A stretch of 60,411 bases of DNA, counting the filler, from Basidiobolus ranarum (lineage: Eukaryota), in assembly GCA_040143965.1 (NCBI GenBank). It is 5 parts of 5 records of this genome, joined end to end, with 100 filler letters (N's around TTAATTAATTAA, not from the genome) between each part and the next. Parts side by side here need not be neighbours in the genome. Positions count along the whole stretch, not along the records: positions 12,135 to 24,156 come from JASJQH010007448.1; positions 24,257 to 36,258 come from JASJQH010007449.1; 3 more parts are not named here. One strand, written 5' to 3'. Within the stretch, counting starts at the first letter, position 1, and each line of letters begins with the position of its first letter. Positions 13,288 through 26,617 of this stretch are shown piece after piece. The position numbers and the translations under genes are program-made. The notes beneath the pieces were generated by a model that saw only the letters and a list, made by a program, of their open reading frames with translations, searched no databases and was not told where the DNA came from.

Positions 13288-14946
13288 TTACTGCTGAATG
13301 GTAAGTACGGGGAGATTATGTTCTTTGACTAACAATTCGTTGGTAAAATCATTGAACACTTGACATGTTGCAAATTTAAAAACGGACAATTCTGCGTAAA
13401 AATGATCGTAAGTTGCTTTTAACGCTTGTCTCAAATTCTTGACTGACCCATCTGGGTGAAGTACATTCCAGGGAGTACGACAGGTATCACCCACGCAGTC
13501 TCTAAGAACGTTTAAAAGGCCATTTAAGCGACTAAGTAGTTCCGGATTCTTCCTGACCGCGTCGGGATGTATATTGTGAAGTTGGTAGGGGTCATTTTGA
13601 AGGTCATATAACTCGTGTTCACCAGTTCACCAAGTGGAAAAGTAATAATTGTACCCTTCACCAATGATTCTAACTGCTTTATACGAATTGCTTGAGAAAC
13701 GCTCCCATGTATCTTCGAAAAATGAGTCTGCCCAAAATTCTACGTTAAACGCCTCGGTGGCCTCATATTGGGTATGCGGTCTATTTAACACAGGCATGGG
13801 GGATGCGTCTAAATGATCTGGAATATCCAGTCCTGCAAGGTCAAGTATAGTGGCAGCTACGTGTGTGTGTGTAGTGAACGCTTTACTGACTTTCCCCTTA
13901 GCGACGCCTGGTCCACGAATTATGAATGGAATGTTGACATCTTCTTCATATGGTGTACCCTTTCCAGCACCCAGGCGATGCTGTCCTAGATGATAACCGT
14001 TGTCGGTGGTATACACAATGTATGTGTTATCGAGTTGGCCATTCTTTTCAAGTTTCTTGATTACTTTTTCGACCAATTCATCCACAGCTTGAAGTGATCT
14101 AATGCGAAGTCTATAATGTTCATCAAGGTCATCCACTCTAGTCTGATTCAGACGGGGTAGAGTTTTCAACCAAGAAGGTTTGTCCTGTACTTCAGGATTG
14201 AAATTGGGTTTACGTGGGACCTTGAGGTCGTTAAACAGCCCTTCATGACGTTTGGCAGGGACGGGTGGATAGAATTCAGGAAACTCTGGTGAATTAGAAT
14301 TCATCTTAACGGTATCATGGGGTGCCACGGGAGATACAGTGAACAAAAATGGTTTGTCAATAGATTTTAACTCATCCAAGATATTCAACGTTTTGTTGAG
14401 AATTACATCCGTTTGATATTCACCATTATGAACTTCAAAAGGTGCACCATTAAGTGAAAAAGTCGGATTCAAGTATTGGTAAATCCAGGGTGCCACCAGG
14501 GGTTCAAAATGGGTCCAGCCTTTGGGAGGTCCTGGATTCTTCACATCTACTCCGTTAATGAACTTCCCTACATAGTAGTTTGCATATCCTGCCTGATCCA
14601 GCCATAATGGTAGGTAATTGCTGTCTAGTTCCCTAGCAAGAAATTTTGGGTACCCACCATGTGGTGGTGATTCGTCAGTAACGTTATGATTGTGTGGGAA
14701 CTGGCCAGTCCAGAAAGAGACTCTAGAAGGGCAACAAACAGCTGTGGAGATATAATGATGACTAAATGACGTTCCCTGGTTGGCAATATACTTATTCACG
14801 CGCGGCATATAGTTTAGAGAGTCCATCTTCAAGTCTTGATCATCCATCAGAAAGATCAAAAAGTTGGGCTTATCAACCTTGGCATTAGATTGTCTTAATA
14901 CGCTACTCACAGTCAAGAAAAAGAGAATGCTATGTGCTTTCACCAT
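13288..14946 (-). CDS. Secreted arylsulfatase (fungal ARS-1/GlcNAc-6-sulfatase-like), interrupted by one in-frame TGA at 13627-13629
   Basis: Signal peptide, KPNFLIFLMDDQD, CCPSR sulfatase motif, GKFING, YTTDNGYHLGQH and PYEEDVNIPFIIRGPG. After the TGA the same frame continues TGEHELYDLQNDPYQLHN...RLNGLL...CVGDTCRTPWNVLHPDG to a stop at 13288. Confidence 0.88.
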
Positions 14947-15946
14947 GATGAAAACTAATGATGCTGATGAAAATTGACGAAGCAAATGACTTTTATGTTG
15001 CAAATTTTACTAGAATAAACGGTAAATAGAGCTTTAAGGAATTGGAGCACGCCATTTCTGTGGACATATGAGCATTGCACTCTATCAGAGCGAAACATGA
15101 AAACAGAGTCACATCGCTCTGCTAATAGACTTGGAATGAATCCAACATGAAGATCTTGATTAGTTGGTATGTTATGATAGATAGTTAAGTTACTAGCTAT
15201 TACAGTAAGGAAAAACAGAATCCAATCAAAAAACGAGTAGGCAACCGGTAAGCCAACAAAAAGTCGTGATCATGTCGAAAAATGAGCTACAGATGTCGAA
15301 TTCATATCAGACTAAATGATTTAGTAATTAGAGGATTGATTGGTCTGCAGCTATTGGTATCGTTGTTTGAATCCCAAGAAGTATTGGTTATTTTCAAGGA
15401 AAATTGCAAATATTCCGGATGTGTTATTTCATATCGATATGTAGAGGACATCTGGCCTTCAAATGGCCGATACATTTTATCTTGCTGCTCTCAATTGCAC
15501 CGTTACGTCTAGTCCCAAGCATTACAAGAACGAGCCTGGTACTATTATCCGTGAAATATATAGCCAATTCGAAAGTTGGTTGGGGGTGCTCCACTTGAGC
15601 ATTCTAGTGTTAGAATGGTCAGCTTCTGAGTATATGCAATACAATCTTCCCTGTGTGTGAGAGAACATCACTTGTACAAATACTGAACAAACGATTCACA
15701 TCCTCCTTTGAATCTAAAAATTGCATAATGCGTAAAACACGGACTGTCACATTCAATCTATAAATATCGCCCTTCTTATTTACAGTCAGTAAGTTACACC
15801 GAGAATTCCTTTAATTATGAGTAAGATATAAAATTAAGATCTATAATCCTTACAAAGTGAATTTCAAAATTCGATTGTCACATGCTTGGCTTCGAAGAAT
15901 AGCTTTCAATTGGCTTATCTTCATGATGACGCTGAATGCATACCAT

Positions 15947-18711
15947 TTAAAAATATGCCGATTCTCCATGGCTGAAGTGTCCTTTTACTGCAACACACAG
16001 ACATGACATGCGAGAAATAGTTCCATAAGTCAAAGTAAGAATAGTAATGACTAGAGTCAGTAAAGGAATCAGATTTGGAATCCGCAGCTGGAGGTGGTAA
16101 AGAATCTGAATTTACAAACTGTCAGCAAATGATAAAGAACACATGATAATTGACGGGAAATTAACACTTACAAGAATAACTAACTTCGGAATATCTTGGA
16201 AAAATATGCTGCAAAGGCTGAGTATACTGATCCACTTTAAAGCCCAGTTTGAAAAGGGGGCACTCAGCATTTCTAACTTACAAAACTGTGAGTCGAGAAG
16301 CCTCAAATTTTCAATCTTTGTGAATGCTAATGAAGCCAAAATTCCATGTCGTATGGGTCTTCGTCCGAACCAAAGCCAAAACATAGTATTTCGTGAGATT
16401 TCGAACACTATGATACTACATGATACTATGGCATGTATCACATAGGGGCACATAAAGAAGATCCCAATGAGTAGGCGAAGTCTGGGTATGTCGCTTCCAT
16501 GAATTATGACAAACAACAGATCGAAAATAAATCCAAATAGTCCAAAGAATATCGGGAATATAATGTCGTTCTGGCTTGAAGGGAAGTGACGTCGAAGTAG
16601 TAGAAACGCTGCTATAAGCACTAGAAGTACAATTCCTACGCTAATCAAACCCCATCGGGCAGCGTACGTCTCATCATCTATTACAGCATTAGTATTAGTA
16701 TTCGTGCTTTATACACTTGGAACATAGGAAGGAATTACATAGGATTTGAACTCTAGAAAACGGCGGCACAGTGGTAATAAGTTGGAACACATTAGATTCC
16801 TCTATCAGAACCTTTAGGTCTTGAAATGCCTCCATTGCTCCCAGCTCTTGAGGGTTCGGTGAATCCATAATGACGAATTTCATTTTACTTTGCTGCGTGC
16901 TTTTCCGAGGTTCTACTTCCGTTGTTGAAAGCCTTGTAATGTTGATAGGAAGCAAGTGTGAGATAAGCTCTAGAATTGTATCTGGGTTACTGATTGATCC
17001 GTTAACTATCAATTCGACCGGAACGTTAGTTTGACCTGAAACGAATGATTAATACCGCAAGTATGAATCAGCTTATAATTAAGATGAACTTACTCAAGCT
17101 TCTGGAGTCGTTTCTGGGGCCTATTGAACAACTCGGCTTGTTATTTTAGGAAATATTGATTGAAGACAACAAAAACGTACCTGTTCGTACTCCCCAAATC
17201 TGTTGTGAGCCTGTGATTCCTGGTAGGGGTTCTTTTTCAGCGCTTAGAATGGCACCATCATCAATTTCTATGGCATACTGTGAATTTGGCGAGTTGAGAC
17301 TAGACCGGAGTAGTTTTATGCTTATCGTGTCATTGGTTACTTGTACTCTGGTATTGTTAATATGCAACAATTCACGAGGAGTCCGGCCACTAATGTCCAG
17401 TCGATAAACTCTGACGAAGCCTGTTGCGATGGAGAGGCCCTGGAGTTGATACTTGACATCAAATTCAATTGTACGTGGCTCCACACTACTGTTGATTTTT
17501 GGATTCGTACTTTCTATAATGGAATTGGTGTATGAGAAAGGATATGAGAGAGCTACGCTTCTCGTGGTAGTTGCATTCAAAACAAACACTGATTTCTCCC
17601 AGCCATACTGAGGGAAAGGTAATGCTTTAACACCAAACCAAGTCTGATTCAGGTTAGGGCAAAAGATCGATTCATTCCTACTAGCAAAGCTTACAATTGT
17701 TCCATTTTGGGAGATGGTGTAAACTTGTGTATTAGAATTTCCGTATTCTATATGAATCCAACTTCCGTCAAGGTTCATAAATAGCTGTGGCTTCTTTTGG
17801 GTGGTAGTTGCGATTGGATTTGTTAAGTTTGATGAATCTAGTTGATATCTGACTAATGGTCGCGAAAGTCTTCCATCGGAAGAAAGCGTCTGTATCACTC
17901 CGTTTACTTTGTAACCAGCAGTTGTGTCCAATTCTCGATATACATACAGGCAGGATATCCCGCTACCATTCGCTGTTGGTTGGCATTGGGCTACTGGGTA
18001 GCTTGGTAGAGATGCCGAATTCACTTGACTCTGGGAGACTATTGAGAAGCTAGACGAGCTCATTGCTAGAGGCTCTATTTGTGCCACTTGTACTCTTACT
18101 GCGCTCTGATCAGATTGCAGTATGGTTAAAAGTATCCTCTTGTCAAAGGTAGTAGCCGCTTCAAGATGAGTAATAGGGGTATCAAATTTGTAGGAGGCGT
18201 TTTTAATCAATGTCCCAGCACTATTGTACCACGTAACAGTCAAGTTAAGGTTATCAGGAGTGGTCCAAGATACAGCATAGCCATCGTAGAGATTAGGAAA
18301 GGCCGTTGCAGCTAGAAGGCCATAGTCCCCAGAATATATAGTGGAAGTTTTATTCTGAAAGGAAGACTTCATATATACCAGATGTGATATGATCGTTCGG
18401 TTGGAGGGTATTACTACGACCAAAGTAGCTTTTGTGATTGGGACCAAAATTGGCTCGATTGGACCATAACTCAACGTGTTAGTTGAGACACCAGATCCAT
18501 CTAACATACGTAATTGATACGAAATACTGGTCAGTTGTTGGTTAGGTAAAATCACTGCCATACTCCGGTCGTCGAGTTCGGCACAGCTTCCAGCATTTTC
18601 GGTCGATATTCTAGTTGACACGTCGTAAATCGAATCAACTACGCCTATGAATCCTGAAGCAAATATGGTATAAAACAGATATTGGACACTAATATTTCTT
18701 ATTAGCATCAT
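15947..18711 (-). CDS. Large cell-surface membrane protein: signal peptide, Ig-like ectodomain and multi-TM C-terminus (5 exons)
   Basis: Exons ~18711-17181, 17120-17094, 17035-16739, 16677-16172 and 16105-15947. Many N-glycosylation sequons. Ig-like segment STNP...YAIEIDDGAI...EPLPGI...W. TM region with FDLLF, WLWF, SAPFS and FQDIPKL. Confidence 0.7.
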
Positions 18712-19495
18712 GGATGATTATAAGTAAACAACAAGATGAGGTATGAAAGTGACGGTCCAATATAATTCCCGAAATAAATCCACTTTTCTAGAAATTTCAT
18801 GTCTTGTTGTTGACTTTTATATTCTTGTCAAGAGAGGCGTGAAATTCGGCTGGGTAACTCTATAGTGGGCTTAAAATAGGTGAGTGCTAAGCCAGATCCA
18901 GGGGGTAGATATAGATTCAGCCTTAAATTAACTGATCTCGATAGTGAATAGTGTAACATAAATCCATCGAAAACTTAATCTCTCTAGGCTATATACAATA
19001 CTCCACTCATCAGAAATGGGTTAGATCGTTACTGCGCCCTGTTGAGTAAATCCCTCTATTTCCCACCTGAAATAGGATTAGAAACTCAGTAGCGCTTGTA
19101 AGTAGAATTAATTCGGTAGAGGTAAGGAGGAAAGTATGCTCTTTAATGAATGTCAAATGATTCAAAACTCTGCTTCACCTTCTCTAAGGTGTACATAGTG
19201 TAAATAAATTGGATAATTTAGAACTTATCATCCAAATGAGAGATTGAAGAGTACATAATATTGGGTATGTGTAAACGGGAATGCAGTTTCAAAAATCGGG
19301 AATCACTAAGGGGTACTCTTGCATCTTTGCGATGAAGGAATTCTTGAGGATCGTATCCTAATCAAATATACCTAAAGACGATTAACTTACTTCGATTCTT
19401 AAACAATTAACCAAATGAAAAGAGAGTGACACAGGGGGGGGGTATTTGAATCGTGGCTCTTATAAAATACAGAAATATTCTAAATTTCATAATTT

Positions 19496-20827
19496 CTATA
19501 TCCATGGGACTACGGGAGTCAGAGGATCTCTCATGGGGGTATTTGGTAAGTCCACAGAGGTTTCCGCCCAACTTGCAGTCAAAAAATTGGTCGTAATGAA
19601 GACTCCTCCTACTTTGCCACTGTTAAGACCACCGGGACTAACACGCCCCGGTTTAGGGATCATCAATTTGGGTGGACTTGGTAAAGTCCCAGCCAAGCAA
19701 GGATTTTCTGCCCCTCCAGGAGTAGTTGCTTCATGATCAATATCTGAGTTGCTGCTATGGGCGAATAGCGTTTCACACATGTGCGTCTCAAATCGACTTC
19801 CAGGGAACACGAGGAATTTGCGTGCAAACCAGCGTAAAGCTGGGACATACCAGGTTGACTGGTTGTTGGTATTGGGATTTGGGGATAACACAGGTTTCCC
19901 CATGTTTCGAGGTGAGATTGCATTTGGGTAAGCTCTCTCGACAATATCCTTGCTGATGGCCGAGGTGGCTGCTTCTAAAACTGGGTCAAATAAGAACGCT
20001 ACAGCAGTCAGCATTCCCTGACTTCCCGACCCAATGGTAGATAATACCTTTCCAACAGTATACCAAGTGGGGTTGTTGTAGGCTAAACGGATGATAATCC
20101 AAGAGATAAGTACTAAGAATTGCCCCAATGAAGGGAGAATAAGATACAATAAGATTCGACGAACAGCCCGTTGGACTTTCTTCGATGTCAAACGAGAGTT
20201 ATTAGCGTCTGGTACTGGCTGAGTCACCTCGACAAAGAGATAAAACGAAACTATGATTGTGATGATCGCACAATAAAGAGTACCCAAAAGAATCCAAAAT
20301 AAGTGACCCAACCACGGGAGAAGGGTGATTTGCCACCAGTTCTCTGCAGCAAAGCCACATGATCCATCAGGTTGACGTCCAAACAATCCCAGCAGGTAGG
20401 GAGGGGAAGTGATGAGCAGAGACATAATTGCTGCTAGCATAGCATAGTAAGTTTCATAAGGCTTAGTCAAAGGCTGATTATGCACCAGAATAATTTGTAA
20501 ATTCACCGCTATTGCAACAGTAAAAAGAAGCGAAAGTAAGGAGCTAGTTAGCGATCCCCAAACAAGTAAGGAGCAAATTTTGTTCGATTCAACCAATGGA
20601 GTCTGAAGTAGCAGTTGAATTCCATTGAATAAAGCATTTACCAACGCAATCCATAAAGCAAGTCGAAAAGACACCCTATCAGCTAGACTTTTGCGGTAAG
20701 TGTAAATGATAAGAATTGTAAACACTACAGCCATCGAGGAAACCACTGAAAAGCTGTTGAGAATCACAGAGGTCACAGTGGTGACATTGAGCTCTTCGCG
20801 GATTTCTAGCAAAGGTGTAGAGTTCAT
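19496..20827 (-). CDS. Seven-TM GPCR-like protein (cAMP-receptor/Git3-like), single exon
   Basis: About 7 hydrophobic helices. DRVSFRL after TM1, Cys at the start of TM3 and in ECL2, and QGMLTAVAFLFDP in TM7. Confidence 0.75.
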   Translation of the reverse strand: MNSTPLLEIREELNVTTVTSVILNSFSVVSSMAVVFTILIIYTYRKSLADRVSFRLALWIALVNALFNGIQLLLQTPLVESNKICSLLVWGSLTSSLLSLLFTVAIAVNLQIILVHNQPLTKPYETYYAMLAAIMSLLITSPPYLLGLFGRQPDGSCGFAAENWWQITLLPWLGHLFWILLGTLYCAIITIIVSFYLFVEVTQPVPDANNSRLTSKKVQRAVRRILLYLILPSLGQFLVLISWIIIRLAYNNPTWYTVGKVLSTIGSGSQGMLTAVAFLFDPVLEAATSAISKDIVERAYPNAISPRNMGKPVLSPNPNTNNQSTWYVPALRWFARKFLVFPGSRFETHMCETLFAHSSNSDIDHEATTPGGAENPCLAGTLPSPPKLMIPKPGRVSPGGLNSGKVGGVFITTNFLTASWAETSVDLPNTPMRDPLTPVVPWI

Positions 20828-23378
20828 TGGACAGGAGAAAATACCCTATTTGGCTAGGTAGGGAGCAGGAGAAATTGGTGCGACGAAGGGTTAAAGCACC
20901 GTAATAAAGTGGTTATGTGTTGCTTAATATGAAGACTGCGCACAAGGAATAAGAATTTAAAGTTCAGAGTGTTATGTTATGGTTACACCTTCAAGAGAGT
21001 TCAATTAGTAATGATTTCTCTAAATTCAGCATTAATCCTCCAGGCTGAATGAGAATGAAATGGTCCGATCTTTCCTGCGAAATGAATTTGTCTTAAACAA
21101 GTCGTAGTAACCTTGCAAATATCTTCTCGAATAGTAAGGAAATATTCGAAGCAAGACAAGCGATTTCCTTACAGTCGATTTGTCCCTTTTATAGGCAGTC
21201 CGGAAAATGTCCGATCTTTCGGTAGGTTGTCGAATACATCGATGCTGTCACTCGGGATATTGGTCATTATTTCCCAGCAGGAAAAATCGTTACTAGACTA
21301 ATTTAATACTTCCGCTTATTGTATTGTGAAACAGTTGGTGTAGAGGATCAAGTATGTGTTGTAAGTTGCACATGGAAAAAGAGTATCAGTAGCCTTTCGC
21401 TTTGCCCGCGCTTTCGGATGCATGGCGTGCATACCTATTATGTAGGTACTAGCTGCGCTGTTGCTCATTGTTACTGCTACAACTTCATAGTAGGCGTAAG
21501 CTTATGTTTGCAGTGATACGTAACTGGAGTCAATGCCAACACAGATATTCCTGAGTGCTAGCCCACTTTGTACATTACAGCTCAGTTTATTTTTGATCTG
21601 ACTACATCGTGATTAAGTGAGCACGAGCTGGAATAGAAGTATTGGAGAGAGGCCACGATAAACCTTTGTTACTTTAATGTGACCATTGATGAGTCTTCTT
21701 ACTCCTATATTCATAACTACTTATCTTTCGACATGGGTCAAACAGTTCCTAAGATCTTAGCACTCTCAGACGACACGTTTACAAGGCTAGCATTCTGGGC
21801 AGAAACAATAGCTCCGTTACAGCTGCCTTCTCCATTTTTCGTAATTTAAAATTTGTAGACGGAATATAAGCCTCTCATTATGCAACTTAATTTGTTTGCG
21901 TCAGGTTCCGAGTAGAAACTTTCTAAAATACTGAATGGAGTAAACCAATGACACTCACCATTGAAAACTCGTCTAGTACTATCGGTGAACTATTGAGAAA
22001 TGTCCGTAAAATAGTTTTTAGCCAGAATTTCACTGCCACATATAAAATCCAATTTTGATTACCACCTATATAATTTGGACACATCTGTGAGAAGCCGCTT
22101 CTAGTACGGCATCCGCATCTTCAGGTTGGAAAATTACTACCATACATCATTCGTTTATCTTAGCACGTTTATAGGTCTAGTAGTATCATCAGATGCTAAA
22201 ATTGATCCATCATACAAATACTGTGCTGTTGTTTATAAATTGAGAATCTCTAACTGATAGGGTATCGGATATGAACTTTCCGGATATATAGTGGACAACC
22301 ACTTCTTAATATCTCACAGGTTATATGAAAGCACATTTTGCATATATCATAGATATTTCGAGAACAACTTCACATTTCAATATTCATGAATTCTCCCCAG
22401 CTTCTTTGGTGTGCTGGGAATATAAACATCTTAATGTTTTCTACCATGTTGTACAAAAGTGGAGATGCGCACATAGAATTCCAAAGCACAGCATGTATGA
22501 TTTTTATATTTCTTCAAATTGAAACCTTGTGTTTCAACCTATTAACACCAGCGGAATCTTTTATTTGACACATTACTTTCGGCTAGCATTTATCAATAGC
22601 CAACCACTATATTTGACATACTGGTACACTGTTCATCTCTTCTATACAATCCTAGAAATAATTGAGTTATATACTGGAATGCCGCATTTCTTGCTGATGT
22701 TTTTTGCAAGTGTTTAGGATACTCACATGAAATATGTAACTTGCACTTGTGGCTTTACTTGATTAAGAATATACATACATATATTCCTATCTACGTTGAA
22801 AATGAAAGAAATGAATCACAGGCTTTTGTACCACAGTAACAGAAATTTGGAGGTAAAAGTTAGGCAGCTTTGAATACCTTTGAAAATTTCCATTTCTCAG
22901 TATTTTTCAGATCCAGTAATTATTCATATCGAGATGGTACTAATGGAACATTTGGCTAAGCAATCTCTAGTATGCTAAATCTGCATGAATATTTGGAATC
23001 TGAAATCCAATATATCAATAGCCACTACCAATATTTCATGACTTTTCATCTAGTGTCAAACAATATAGTTAAGTTTACCAGAATCTTATGTTCTTACAAA
23101 TAAAATACAACTTGTTTGATATTCAGGGAGAATGAATACATGTGAGTATATTCAAAGCCTTGGAACAACTTTGTTGAATATCTTATCCATGGTTAATGAG
23201 TATAAATTCTATTTAAGGGTGATAATCAATTAACTCTCGACATTTTAAAAATCAGCTGCTTTCAGTTCAGGGATGATATAAACATTTATCACACTTTTAT
23301 TACCAAGAGTATATCACTATTCCCAATTTCTTAATCCAATATAAGCAGCATTGAATACTGAATGTCAAAGGTCCAGTA

Positions 23379-23692
23379 AGTTAAAGTGTTTTGAGAACTT
23401 GTTGAAAGCAGTAGGGGGAATGAGAGAAATTGGGGGTTTTTGCCTATTGATTTATTGAATAGAAAGTTGACATTTATAATATTGTCAGCAGGTACAAAAA
23501 CAAACATGTACAACATCTTAAAAAGGTCCAAGAAATATGTGGTAAAAGTTTAGGCTTCCAGAAAAAGTTCTCGTTATATCTCTAAGTAAGTTCCAATTGA
23601 GAATAGTGGGCTCATCAAATTGAGAAATAGAATAGGCAAAAACTGAACTGTATCTAACTATAGGGATGCCTATGTTATGTTAAATTTGCTTA
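23379..23692 (-). mobile_element. Degenerate LTR-like repeat (family A copy)
   Basis: Aligns by eye with 37599-37927 (ATTGATTTATTGA.AGAAAGTTGACATTTATA, AAACATGTA, CTAAGTAA.TTCC). The ends are eroded. Confidence 0.6.
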
Positions 23693-24156
23693 TGTGAAGT
23701 CCAATCTTCTTTTTCAAATCCCTTTTATTATGTCTACAAAATATATCACCTGCCAAAAATTGATGCATATTACCTGTTTCTCACAATTTGCAATGCAAGA
23801 ACATAATTATTCAATGATGTCAATAAATGTGCCAATTGTATGTTGGCATGCAATAATTGAAGGAAATAGCAGGAAGGTAATGACTGACTAAGAGATATTC
23901 CATAGTCCTGATCAGAATTTGAGCTATCATTCTCTCAAGAAGTACTATCCAACATATTAAATGAATTTCAGTAGTAGTCATTTTATCTTGCAGTCATAAA
24001 TACATAGAATATGGAGTTGATAAAGTATTAGGTGAATTTAGAGCTTATTGGGAAAATATGGGCTGTTTGGAGGAACTTTAGAAAAGTGGAGTTGTGAATA
24101 GCTTTGTGAGATAATTATTTATTGACCAGAAATTAAGCATTTATACATTTTGGTGG

Positions 24157-24256
24157 NNNNNNNNNNNNNNNNNNNNNNNNNNNNNNNNNNNNNNNNNNNN
24201 TTAATTAATTAANNNNNNNNNNNNNNNNNNNNNNNNNNNNNNNNNNNNNNNNNNNN
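24157..24256. other. Artificial contig linker
   Basis: N44-TTAATTAATTAA-N44. Confidence 0.98.
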
Positions 24257-24437
24257 TACTATTAATCAAATATTCTAGCTGGCCTGAGTACTTGGTGTTC
24301 ACTAAGCTGAATAAGAGCACTTTCTGATCATGTGCACTGCAGGATCATCTTAAGCTCCTTCGCTCTTCACAAAATCCAAAACCAGCTATATACATTGTTA
24401 TTGACACTTTCTGCCAGCTATTCCGAAGCTTTGTAAT

Positions 24438-25695
24438 ATGGCTTTCGAAGTAGCTCCTTCACACAAAGAGACCGCAAAGAGCCCTAGTTTGACCTGGAGG
24501 CAGTCTATTTTGGTATGACATTCACAACTGTTTGAAGTTGATTGTCTGAGGTTACTTACTTTTATTTCCTACGGTGATGTAGGCTGGTGGTATGGCTGGA
24601 ACTGCTGTCGATACTACTCTTTTCCCCCTTGATACTATTAAAACAAGGCTTCAGTCCAGAGTTGGCTTTAATAGTTCGGGAGGCTTTTTAGGCTTTTATT
24701 CCGGCTTATCTTCCGCAATCATTGGCTCTGCTCCTGCAGGTTTTCCTTAACGTTTCGTGGAACCCGGTTATCTTTTTGTCGCTGACTTTTGGAACCATCA
24801 TATGTAGCTGCCGCATTCTTTGTCACTTACGAAGCCTTGAAAACCGGCTTATCTGAGAGAACCACTGGTGAATCTCCGTTTATTCATATGGCCGCTGCTT
24901 CTGGTGGTGAAATCGTGAGGGGATATTTAGTTAGGTTGGTGTTTGGGAAATCCAGTATTTACTGAAAAAAAAATTATATTTAGAGTGCCTGCTTCGTTAG
25001 AGTACCCACTGAAGTTATAAAACAAAGAATGCAAACTAAGCAGTATTATACTATCAATGCTACTGTCAAGGCATTGCTTAAGACTGATGGTGTCTTAGGC
25101 TTCTATAGAGGGTATTTGTCAACTGTAGTTCGTGAGGTGAAAAGTTCAATATTCACTATAGTGAAAGTAATACTAACTAGTTTTTTTTTTATAGATTCCT
25201 TTCACTTGTATTCAATTTCCTTTGTATGAAAGACTAAAAGTTGGCTTCAGAATTCCTCATATAATATCATAGTGGATATACATAAGCCATGCTAACCTAC
25301 TATTTTTGTAGGTAGAGTGGGGTCATTACAAAGGCAGAAAAGTTGAACCATGGGAAGCTGGTCTTTGCGGTTCATTTGCTGGTGGGTTTTCGGGGGCTAT
25401 CACAACACCTTTGGATGTAGTAAAGACAAGACTTATGCTATCCATAAAGGTTTGTATGCTAGTGTGTTTTTAAGAGTAGTTAGGTAGATCACTTACTAAC
25501 TGATAGCCAACATCTTAGAGCAATCGTCAATATTCTGGTATCTTCCATACAATGAGATGTATCTACTATGAGGAAGGACTCCGTGCCCTTTTCTCTGGAA
25601 TTGGCCCTAGAGTGGTGTCCATCAGTATTGGTGGATATATATTCCTTGGTGTTTACGAGAAAGTCAAAAAAACCATAAGCATATTGAACATGTAA
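24438..25695 (+). CDS. PET8: Mitochondrial S-adenosylmethionine carrier (Pet8/SLC25A26-like), about 7 exons
   Basis: Spliced motifs [80 protein letters not shown] and GIGPRV...[10 protein letters not shown]. Confidence 0.9.
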
Positions 25696-26617
25696 ACTGG
25701 TTGAACCTGGAGGTCTTGTATGGATTATGGTAGTTCTGCCAAGGTTGCGGGCGTTATTTCAACCAAGGTAGGTGTCTACAAATATCAAGCCATAATTCAA
25801 ACCTACCAGGACACGTAAATATAGAGAAACAATAGTATATTATTGTTTTTTGAACATCTCTCATCCCTGCATTCATTTTTGTAATCATTTTCAACATTAT
25901 CATCATAACAATTGGATTGATAAACATTTTTGGTTCGTTATACATAATCAATTAAAGCATGTACGAATCCGCGTTCAGATATATTTTTGAGGTCCTACTT
26001 TCGATCGTTAGCAGTCACTAATTCTCTCGTTTTATGTTCTTCGTGAATCTCGACTAACTCTTTTTCAAGACGATCTCCCATCGACTGGCATATGACTGCA
26101 AGTAACAGCTCTCTAAATGTTTAGCCGTGATAAGCAGCATATGCATTTTTGCCACTTATTTGAGATCCAACTGAAGTCAGTTGACACCACCACCTTTTTT
26201 CGTGTTCACATGGTCATCTGAGAATGAGGCCTTGATCATCAGATCAGTTGAGACAGTAAAGAGTGGTCACATCTCTGATGGCTTTTGTAGATTCCTATCT
26301 CTTCCGACTTGCTTCGTAACTGTAGCTGGGCAGGGGGATTTCGTTTCAACTGATTCAATAATTGATTTTACTTTACGTGAACTGCTTATATATTATAAAA
26401 CACCAGAATTTTGAATCTCAAGATTATGGCTGATTTGTGCACGATGTCACCTCAAATATTGGTGAACTATTATCATATTTCTCAAATCTGGTGGTCAAAT
26501 TTGAAATCGTATTTATAACGAGATTATTAAATGTGACGTTTCTTTTGCATTTATCCATAACCGACCAAGTTGGCGATATATTCTATCAGCTTTCCTTCGA
26601 TTCGTTCTGCCTTTTGA

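Noticed and set aside
23812-23862. Minus-strand LQLLHANIQLAHLLTSL, resembling the Copia RNase H end (QLADxLTK) next to an LTR copy
   Set aside because: Too short and degenerate to call without a profile search.
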